64,000 bases of DNA, taken from Phoronis australis (lineage: Eukaryota > Animalia > Phoronida). The DNA lies in assembly GCA_002633005.1 (NCBI GenBank), contig NMRA01000131.1:745808-809807 (forward strand). The letters run 5' to 3'. A program made the translations under genes and the position numbers. Shown here in pieces: positions 54,221 through 64,000 of the stretch; position 1 is the stretch's first letter, and each line of letters begins with the position of its first letter. The notes under the pieces are model-generated. The model had not been told where the DNA came from. It did not search any database and saw nothing but the letters and a program-made list of their open reading frames with translations.

Positions 54221-54329
54221 CATCATCATCAGTATTATTATGTTCAATATGTTTTACACCACTTTCGAAAAGCCTGTTTTATTGTTCTGTTTCATGAGAG
54301 TGTGTGTTTGAAACAGTGTTGCATAGTTG
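53981..54329. repeat. (TAT)n/(CAT)n microsatellite within a two-copy tandem duplication
   Basis: Unit CACTATTGGTGCTG-(TTA)n-(CAT)n-CAGTATTATTATGTTC...GCATAGTTG occurs twice, differing mainly in microsatellite length. Explains the poly-L, poly-I and poly-Y ORFs. Confidence 0.9.
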
Positions 54330-55005
54330 TACAGGGCTCAACGCCCAGTATAACGTCAATTCCCTAGTGCGATCTAGCATACTTCCCATGACGCCTAACA
54401 GGAACTGAGATTCCCGAAACAAGGAAACCCCCGCATGGGGGGGGGGGGGTTGAAAAAGTGCTGGCCTCTACAAACGTGGCATAGTTGGCAACAGCCGCAA
54501 ATGAAATAAATGAAATACCGGAGTTGAGGAATCAAGATTGCCCAGTCGGGTTTCTTATTTCGGTTGAATGGAAATAAGGAGTGCTCCGTAACCAGCAATG
54601 TCCATGTTGGGCACAATATACTGCGCATGCTCACCTACTAAGGCAGACAATCTGCACCCATGAACTGTGAATGACTTGTTCCAATTTTTACTTAACGATT
54701 CCAACTCCCGTCTATTTACTTCCTGTAGTATATCGTGTGCATGCTCGGATGTGTATGTGGCGAATTGGAATTTAACCAAGTCCCAAACAAAATCTGAGGT
54801 CATCTTGGCAACCTGTCCAACCTCATCATTGTCATCCTAATTATTGTTATTGATATTTAATGTGTTACCATCACCACTTAGACAAATTTAATATATCCCA
54901 ATATTAAACGTCAAGAAAATTGATTTTCCATAAAACTGAACATAACATCGAGACATAAAAGAAACAACTAAGCAAAAAACATATGTTAAAGAAACAATTA
55001 CTTAC

Positions 55006-55185
55006 TGATAAATTCGAAGGCTTCATCAAAGTATTGCTTGAGATTTTGTTGAGAATTGTCAGAGGCCGGTAAGCGTTTATACAGTAGTCCCTCATGGTGA
55101 TTTGGAATGTGACTGGTTGTATTCAAGATGTACCTAGTGTTTAGCGAGTCCAGTAAAACTTTATCTTCACTGTCCTTTTCATTAC
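55006..55185 (-). CDS. DUSP10: DUSP10-like coding exon 3 (catalytic domain, general-acid loop)
   Basis: Acceptor tttctttccag|GT, donor ATCA|gtaagt, 180 nt, phase 1-1. Encodes (G)NEKDSEDKVLLDSLNTRYILNTT...YKRLPASDNSQQNLKQYFDEAFEFI. Confidence 0.94.
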
Positions 55186-56993
55186 CTGGAAAGAAATACA
55201 AAGCCAGTAAAATATTGTGATCCTCAACAGTGGCAACTAAGGAGGGAGACGATGAAAGTCCTCCACAATCACGGCTCACACTGAAGTTGTCATATTCTTT
55301 TACAAGGTACATTTAAAACGCATTGAAAAGTATTGAGGTTTCTTTTATATTCATGGTATCGTCCAAATGCTATTGAAGCTCACCGAGTAAATGAGAGTAC
55401 AATTCAGGTGAATAAAATATACATCATATGTCTTCTGAGAAAATCTAATGAAACTATTCACTATAGATTTTGCTTCACATATTACCCTTACTATATCTGG
55501 AAGCAATATTAATATCAATATTATTACTACTATGACTATTATTATAATTAGTATTGTTGCTATTACTCTAACTATTACTATAATTGTATTATAGTTCAAG
55601 ACCATGTATTGACATGGTAACATCATAACGAGTAAAATTAAATTAAAGGGGGGGATGAACGAAAATGATACTGTTTACTACAGTTTATTTTTGTTGACCA
55701 TTAGACAAGGTCCAGCAAGAAATTTTGAGCCAGGTCTGAAAGTTTACCAGAAGTCTGCTTGTTGGGTAAAAGAAACTCAACCAAATTTGACAAGGAAATG
55801 GATTTATAAACAAGGCAATTAGGACAGTTGGCTCTATGTTGGCTTTAGAAAAAAAGTTGTAAACAAGCTGGAAATGATGAATGTTGAAAATATGTCAGAA
55901 TGGCAAAAATACAACGGGACATGCATTTTCAAGCTCTTCATCTGAAGTATCCCATTAAAAATATTTTGGGCCTCTGACTCAATCCAACAGTGCTTCATTT
56001 TTTCACAAAGCACTCTGATTGCTACTCCTGTCAACAACATTTTTATAATCAGAAAATGAAACAGATTTTACATGAGTCATCACAACATATGGAAATAATA
56101 ACGCTTCTTTAAAAATAAGCCAACCAGACACCAATCAGAGATTGGGCTAAAATATGATCAAGCAAAAATCAAGGAATACGACATATGTTACTGGAGAGTA
56201 GAACAAGTTGGTTTCCTGCTTTGCCTAGTTTGTGCTTGAAGCTGTTTAGAATGAGTCATTCTCTGTCAATTAACAATGCCGCGATAATTAGCTTAGTTTG
56301 GCAAGCATGAAGGTATGACATTTTGAAATAAAACACATCTATAAGTAGTAAGAGACACCATAGCCACTTAGGGTCAAAGGGATGCATATCCCCATGTGTC
56401 CACTTGACCAGTGAGTCACAGATAGGAAGTTGGGAGTTACTTCCAGTGGTCTTTTTGTGTAAATGAACATTGCTGACCGAATTGAAAAATGGCACATTTG
56501 CAAAATCATGGTTTACCTTTCTTATTTAAGTCACTTTCTCAACACTGACACTTATAAAATAAAACTTTCACACATTATTATTGGACAAAAGAGCATTTTT
56601 CAATACATAACTTTAGATATCATCAACTTACATTTCTTAATGACCAAAAATTTTTAAAATTTTGCACATGGTCACAAATAAAGAATCATGTTTCTTAGCT
56701 TATATACCGTGCTAATGATCAATTTAGAATTTTGATAATGAGTTGACCATTTTGTTCAAAACATGGTTAAGTGCTTAAGATTGAAGATTTTCTTGAAAGT
56801 TTGCAATTTGCAAAGCAAACATCCACCATATTCATTCAGTACCCTTAATTTCATAACCAGTTATCTTATTTTTCAGATATCTCTCTAAAACTATTGAAGG
56901 GGTGAGCAATACACAACAAAAACGAACTAAAAAACTATACGATACTTGTCATGAAATAAATGCATTTAATAATCGATAAATAACTCTAATTAC

Positions 56994-57146
56994 CTAAGTA
57001 TAAAAACGGTAGTATTTCTGAGGCCTGCTGGGTAAACTCATTCAAACCCGGTGACTCTGGACTGCAGACAGCTTCACACTTGTTGGGACTTATCAATGTA
57101 TCCTCACAAAGTTCACTGTTCGCCTGACGAAACGCATTCAGCCCGC
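56994..57146 (-). CDS. DUSP10: DUSP10-like coding exon 2 (end of rhodanese domain, linker, start of catalytic domain)
   Basis: Acceptor tttatttgcag|GC, donor TTAG|gtaatt, 153 nt, phase 1-1. Encodes (G)GLNAFRQANSELCED...ASEILPFLYLG, the typical GGxxAF and ILPFLYLG motifs. Confidence 0.93.
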
Positions 57147-60100
57147 CTGCAAATAAAAAGCACCAGAACTCATGAAAGTATAAAACTTGCAATGCACAAT
57201 ACATGGAGCCCACAAATTACTTTGTTCTAGTTTCACATTTATAGAACCTGTTTCGAGTGCCAAAAATCAAACTTATTTACAGAATGATTTTAATTTCAAA
57301 TAACTAACCCTTGATATACTCACTGAACAAAGAAAGTTGTTGCACTTTCATGTTGAAGATCTATGACTAACTAAACTTTCTATAAGTTAAGAAAGTTGAA
57401 TGAAATTGAAGATAGAAAAGGATAAGTTGTCTAGCTTCCCCGGTGTATCAGAAAAGTGCAAGGAAACACCCTTTGCACTGGGAACCTAATTATAATATTA
57501 AGTTCTGTCCGTCATGACTCAAACTTTGGAAGATCTTGCCACTAATTAAAGTGATGCAGTGCCTTGGTGAATGAAATGATTCATGCCAGCTCGGCTGTCA
57601 CCCTCATTCGTTGACTCCCGACTGTGGTCACATGACCAATCACATGGCACGGTGTCCGTGAATCATTGAGGAGAGAGAATTAAAGCAAAACCACTGTCTT
57701 TGTTTAAAAGCATAATTAGGGAGAGACAAGATTAACTTAATTTCATATTATGGATTGGCATAACATGAAAGCAATCCATGAGAGATATTATGTAAATATG
57801 AACAATTTGACACTTGCAAGCTGAGATGAGAAACAGCAAGACATAGGTTCATAATACTGAAATTAAATTCCTATAATTGTTCACAACACTGAATCAGAGT
57901 GTTGTAAAATTAGATTACGAAAGAAGTAGCAACTGAGCAGTACAACAGAGTGAATATTTTGATATTATGTCACATAATGTGCGTGAAGAGGTATTTTGAT
58001 AAGGGAAAAACGCTACACAACTTTGTAATTGACCAAAGCATCTTCACAAAAGTATATTAAAATCCTATTTCAGTTTACTAGAATAAATTGTTAAAATATA
58101 GGAGTGCAGAATCAGAGTGCAAATTTCCAATTGCTTCATTAGCAATGGCTCAGTTGTGGGTACAACTGTCAGAATCATATAGCTCTCACAGACACACCAA
58201 TCACATATAGCTATGCAAAATTGCAGAAATTCTTTTTGACGCCCTCCTCACCCCAGAAAAAATAAGCTAGTATTCCCTACAACTCCATTATGTCATTTTC
58301 TGTTGATGCCAATCAGTATGTTTTGCAAACTTGCACAATGTACACCCCTGTGGGAATCTGAGGTGCAAAGGTTTTCCTAAACCAAATTTGGACTGTGTCA
58401 AAGTGTATTTATCAGCCAAACAGTAAGCATAAGCTTACATTGAAGTCCCTGTCCAGTTGTTTACAATTGTGACCATCCACAGTGTGTAATTATAGATTGG
58501 TGAGTCATATCCCACCATATGTTTTCAGTGTTATCAGACATGTTGTGTGGTAACTGAGTTCACAGGATAGGACCACCAGATAAAGACAGTGTCCCTCCAA
58601 CAAAGAAGAAAACCACCTAGCGCACAACTTTCAGTTTTAGTTTGCTTAATTTGGCAAGACTTTTCAACTGATTTTTGATACTAAATTTGAATGATATAAT
58701 TCTGTTAAAACTTCAAACGCACTGCACTAGTGCAAAGGTGGCAAAACAAACTTTAGAAATTGAGGCAATATTTTGATAAAAGATGGTGATAATTAATAGT
58801 TTGTAACTAATTCTACATGTAAAAAGGACACAGTCAAATATCACTGAAGAGTACCTTCCTTCAATCAATTTTATACATTCCACATTTTTCTCTCAATTTT
58901 GGAATAACACAGAAAGAAGTAAAGACAGACAGAAAGCAGAGAACTTTTAAGTTCTGACTGGGTTTGCTTAAAAGATTCAAGGTTCTTTGTTCACACAAAC
59001 AATGAATAGCAGTTGGAAATTATAACAGCATGGCTGTACATTTGGCACAAAAAAAAATGTGGAGCATTACAAGGAAGCTTTCTCGACAGATAACCCGAAA
59101 CAATTTCTAAAATATAAGAAAACTGATGATGAAAGTATGATTTAGGTACCCTGTTCAGAGAAGGCACAGAGATTGTGGCAATAGTCAGATACAACGAGCA
59201 CACATTTTGAGAACTAGTTGATGCCCATTCATCAGTGGAGAAAACTGGTTCTCAAAAAGCTGGCACTTTTGTATCCGACTATTACCAAAATTGCAGTTAT
59301 AAACAAACACCTAAAACAAAACGGCTGAAATAATTTTTGTCCACGAACAACTGACAGATATCAGATTTTGGAAAGTTTGACTCATGCAAGCACTGGTCAT
59401 AGTCAGAATGACACAGCGACTATTTATGGTCACTAGTCAGAATGGTCAGACAAACTGGGTTAGAACCGAGTCAAGTCATCGTCATCACGTCATCCTCATC
59501 ATCAATGCTATCGCTATCACAACTTTGTAATTATTAATCACGCTACTTAACTCAAACTGGCGACGGGCTGTCTGCCTGATTAGCTATATTGCCGATAATT
59601 TCATAATCTTACCAAATCCTTATCTCATCTGACTGTTATTGTATTGACAACAACATTGAAATGGACTCCTGAAAATTACCTCACTATTAAAATAATTATA
59701 CAAATGACAACTGGGGTAATATTATTTAACAGACAATGAATTAAAGTAAGTTTCAAAACAAACTCACTCAATGTAAATTTCCTTTGCACAGCGAAACAAG
59801 GGTTGGTTTCATTTCCTTGTGGTGTAAAAAACTACATTGAATTGACTATAAAAGTTCAAGTGTAATCAGTCTGGCAGAATCAGGAACTGTGTGGCAAAGC
59901 AGAGCCCAAACACCATGTTTTGGCTGGCCTCAACATTATTATCATCTAAAAATAGCTCAAGGCTTTCCCCAATGCCCAACAATGGGAAAACCTACTGCAG
60001 GTGTTCTCAGTGGTAATATATAATACACATATTAGTAAAAAATCAATAATTTTTTAGATGATGGTTTCAAACTATGGAAATAATTTTTATTGGGTCTCCC

Positions 60101-62748
60101 TTGCTCTCCGGCAGTAAACAGTCAGTCAAGTAGCTAACCTTGTGTTTTCTCACGAGTTAGCTAGCCAGAAAACAGTCCACTAATCAATAGTATACGTATT
60201 TACCTTTCCCAATGCTGTATGAAAAAACAGTACCTGTTCAATAATACATTCAATTCAGTTTAGACACAAAACATTTGATGACAAGCCCTTGCTAGCGGCA
60301 GCCACTTCATGTTAGTTTAAACATGAAGTCATCGTCCAGTAATTGAGCCACCCCGCACTACACAATGTTTTCCTTTTACCAGAATGCCCAACAGACAAAT
60401 TTTTTCTCTTAATTGAAGACTTGTAAATTTTTTGCTTTCTAAGCTTATGCGAGACCCTCCGTTTGCATGAAAGGTTTTCAAAGAATAGGATTTTTATGAT
60501 GATTATCAAAAAATAAAAGTTGCATTTAAAATGAAAACTGCTGTTTTAGAATACTGTTCAGTGTTTTTGAGATTTCATCTTGATCAATTGTATCAAACAA
60601 AACTTGGCCACGTTCTTGATGGCATTGTTTTCCTCTGAATTTGTAATATTGTCTTATGGTAAATTTACGAAAAGACATAGTCATGTGACTCAATTAATTA
60701 AACATTGGTATATCAGGCTTTCTGATTTCAGAGGAAAAAATATATATGCAACTCTATGACAATCCAACAAAAGAATGGAAACTAACAGTTTTAGAAAGGT
60801 GTATAATATTTATATATTCAAGTATGATTAGGATGCTGGTTCATGACAACATAAACATATGCCTGCACTCGCCCACCTACAGGTACGAGACCTGTGAACT
60901 TCGTTAATAACATTATACCAACACGCGGGGGCAGGTAATCATTTGGTCAAGATTTAAAAAATAGGATGTATAACAATCAATAAATACTTGCATATACATA
61001 AATACACCTAACAGTAGGCGTTGTAATTAATTATAACTTACCTGACCTAAGTTTCAATAGTCAGAAATGTGGTAAATAACAACGTTCAAAGACAAAGGGT
61101 CGAGTGAGGCTTTCAATTTTGGATCACTCAGTGATAGACATCCAAACTAATACCCAAAAATACAATTGGCTTTTAGGTGCGCTGAAAATGGGAACAGCAT
61201 GATGATGAAGGTCATTGTCAGTTATTGAAGTATTATTGAAGCATTAAATCTTTACAAAAACTAAAATGAAAACATTAGAGAAGAATCAGCTGAGCATTTA
61301 ACGGTACTCATAAGAACCACATTTACCTGGAACGAAGAAGTTCAACAAAGCACGTGTGTTTAATAATGTGACACAATATTTCTAACTTTAATTCAAAAAT
61401 GTGACGTTTTTCACAATAATTTTTGTGAAGCTGGATTTGCAAGCAAATTACTGGTAAGTATAAGGGGAATGCTCAGCAATAAATGATTCTTATTTCTTGT
61501 CATAAAATGTTTGTTCATGTGCATTTTTGATGGGCTACTAATGATGCAAAAAAGACACCCTTCCTATTGATTGTCAGAATGCTCAGATGTATCACAGGTA
61601 AATTCCCTGATGTGAACAGATAAAAATGGCTGAAATGAAAACTTAACAATCGGGACTTGTCTACCATCCAGGATCAATACTAACCATCAATTCAATCATT
61701 CAACAAGAAAAAATCGGAAATTCACACATCTGTACCAGGCTAGCAATTGAGTATCTCTAGAGATGGCGGTTTAATTGACAGTGGAGAGAAAAGCGTGCAA
61801 TCATCGTTAGCGGAGTTAATAGACTGATTCATGACTATTGTTCCAAGGTAATGTATTCACAAAGCATGAAAAAAAAAAGAAAATCAACAGGTTCTGCACA
61901 TTTGTAGTCTCATTGCTTTGCTATTTAAATGGTATGGAACTGATGAACTATGCGACATCCTTATGTGTACATGTTCTCATACATAAAGGAATGTTTCATG
62001 TACAAATTCTAAAACAGTTACATAATTTTTAGCAACATTATTGCAATCAAGTATTTTAATTACAACCAATTCTCATGAATGAGAAAAATGATATATTTGG
62101 GCTGGTTACAAGCAGAGATGCATTTTCTTCAAAATAAAACAGTCGTGTTGGAAGAGTATTTAACTGAAGGAATTAGCATCTAATTCATTTCAGATATTAA
62201 AATCCTAATCAGAAAGGTTTAACAACAGTCCCAGTTCTCATCATGTTACCTATCACCTGTTTACAGCCAACACACCTGACTCATGTACACAGAGAGCAGC
62301 TTAACTTAGCATGTAATCAACACTTGCAGATAGGAGGATCTCGCCCTTGATATTACATCAACAGACATTATGAACGGATGCAAGTTGGGGAAATTCCACA
62401 TCTCAAAAAGGGAACCAGGAATACACCGACTAAACTAAATTATCATTCCATAAAAATACATCAAATACAAAACAGGTGTTATATATGACTCATACTAGAG
62501 TGACAAGCAAATTGTGCACAAGACAATATGGACATTTTTTGACTTTTAAAGAAAAGAAAATTTAATTAGTTACCACAGTGACAATGTTAATTTCTACGGA
62601 AACCCTGTCCTTTGGACCATATGGATCATGGCAACTTATTTCAAACGTGTGAAAAAAAGAATTTCACCTGAGACACTGAAGTTCAATAAGTTCAACTAAA
62701 CAAGTGAGTGGTTTCAAAAAGTAAAGGTTACTCAATAAGCATAATTAC

Positions 62749-63307
62749 CTTGAAGAACTAACGCCTCTTTTCCATCCCTGAGTAAAGTTGCTAACAACAA
62801 ATAAAGTGGTGAATTGGTTGTAAGTTGATTAATGTCCCAAGTATCATCGTCGTAAACAATAATTTCTCTGTGACACTGTCGTTTCACTAGTTCCTTAGCT
62901 TCAGGTGATGATATCAAGTCACAAAGATTTGCTTTTCCACTGACAAGTTTTCTTTTGCTAAATCTGTCTGTGCAGTTAATATTTATAGCACCGCTAACAT
63001 GGCCCCTATTGAAAGACAGGAAAGACCGACAGTCAATTAACAGGAGGGGACTTCTCGAGGGGTATCGTATTAGAGCTGCCACATTTTGAGGTGGAACTGT
63101 CTTAGGCTTGCAGTACGCCTTTCCATGGTTTATGCTCAACAGACTGAGCGCTTTCACTGCTGAATCGACGCCGTCTAAACTGGTTCTGGGCTTTTTGGCT
63201 ACTGGCCCGTTCGCCATGCAGCGCAGTGGAGCAAGGCACAGTTTCAGGCCTTCACGCCTCTCGTTCAGATTATACGACGGCATTAAGATGTCCACACCAC
63301 ATGACAT
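62749..63307 (-). CDS. DUSP10: DUSP10/MKP-5-like MAP kinase phosphatase, coding exon 1 (N-terminal docking motif plus rhodanese/CH2 MAPK-binding domain)
   Basis: Translates MSCGVDILMPSYNLNERREGLKLCL...LLLIDCRSFLSFNRGHVSGAININCTDRFSKRKLVSGK...IIVYDDDT...ALVLQG. This contains the MKP rhodanese motifs (IDCRxF, HxxGAxNxxC, basic KIM, VYD). Donor CAAG|gtaatt after 62749, phase 1. An alternative start ATG lies at 63283. Confidence 0.93.
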
Positions 63308-63499
63308 TACCCGTGCAAAGTTAAACAAAGCTTGTATCCATAGCTGACGACAACTGAATCGAAAAGTCTGAAGCGTAACTTCTGAATCCCAAGTAACGAG
63401 CGAAGCAACAAGGCTCACTTCTCGCAGCGACACTTCACGGACAACTTGCCACGACAAGAACGTTGCCAAAACTTGGGTCAAACTTTCTTCTGGATCAAT

Positions 63500-63800
63500 T
63501 TAACACAGTCGTAAACATATAAGGATGTTCAGACCGTTTACTCCCGGAGATGAAACCAGCTAATTTGTAAACAAGTCGTTTCCAGACGAGATATTGGTTA
63601 ATAATTCACCGACCACCAGCTGCTGGCTTTCAACTGTACAACAAAGGTGACGTCAAAATGAGATCATTGTTGTTACTAAAAATAGCTTCGGCAATGACAT
63701 CATCCCCATGGTGATAGTTCGGAAACTTTCGTCACGATCCGTAACTTTCAATTTTGTAGTCGACCACAAGCTGACGTCTTCCATTGGTATTACGGTAATT
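63500..63800 (-). promoter_or_regulatory. DUSP10 proximal promoter with stress-responsive motifs
   Basis: CpG-rich region directly upstream of exon 1. Full CRE TGACGTCA 63648-63655, MEF2 CTAAAAATAG 63676-63685, TGACATCA 63695-63702, TGACGT 63772-63777, forkhead GTAAACA at 63511 and 63567, minus-strand CCAAT near 63593 and 63783. Confidence 0.6.
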
Positions 63801-64000
63801 AAAATTTTGTATATACTATTTGGTAAATATCAAGAAATAAAACGTATCCTGATCAGAAACTTATTTGGAGTTCCTAAGAGGATCTAGTATCAGTGATTTT
63901 TAAAAGTGGGTTTAAGCCTTGTAGATCGATGCTTGCTTCTAATGGTGATAACCTTGATGATAATAAAATTTTAAAGTTCTCTTTTAAACGCAAAGTTTTG

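Noticed and set aside
53784-54367. Poly-Leu, poly-Ile and poly-Tyr ORFs
   Set aside because: Translations of the (TAT)n/(CAT)n microsatellite.
54330-54815. CpG-rich block with 79-82 aa ORFs in DUSP10 intron 3
   Set aside because: No domain recognised. The end TTGGCAACCTG looks like an hAT-type terminus but no matching left TIR or TSD was found.
63308-63481. 58-codon in-frame extension of DUSP10 from a TTG in the ORF track
   Set aside because: The start is non-ATG, an artefact of the ORF caller. There is no MKP similarity upstream of the ATGs, so I treat it as 5' UTR.

Overview
AT-rich, intron-containing animal genomic DNA with no prokaryotic operons or CRISPR. It looks like a marine invertebrate deuterostome (inference from repeat types and the vertebrate-like DUSP10). 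The one confidently identified gene is a complete four-coding-exon DUSP10/MKP-5 (puckered-type) MAP kinase phosphatase on the minus strand: exons 63307-62749, 57146-56994, 55185-55006 and 50447-50185, 384 aa, all introns GT-AG and phase 1. Its promoter carries CRE, MEF2 and forkhead sites, and its introns hold a dense AP-1 site cluster. A second, unidentified minus-strand gene probably occupies the left ~40 kb. It has a 916-nt exon (12890-11975) with a uORF-laden leader and a 102-codon N-terminus, candidate small exons at 35600-35540, 18958-18856 and 5606-5557, and a likely promoter near 40 kb where CpG-poor DNA changes to CpG-rich DNA. The rest is intronic or intergenic DNA with many small transposons. 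These include a 2.4-kb Tc2/pogo-like non-autonomous element inserted into a tRNA-SINE, hAT, Harbinger and TTAA-type MITEs, an L1/Tx1 LINE remnant, tandem repeats and several near-perfect hairpins. Most ORFs in the supplied track are spurious. I found no demonstrably new system. The most speculative lead is a spliced Cys/His-rich uORF peptide upstream of the unidentified gene.
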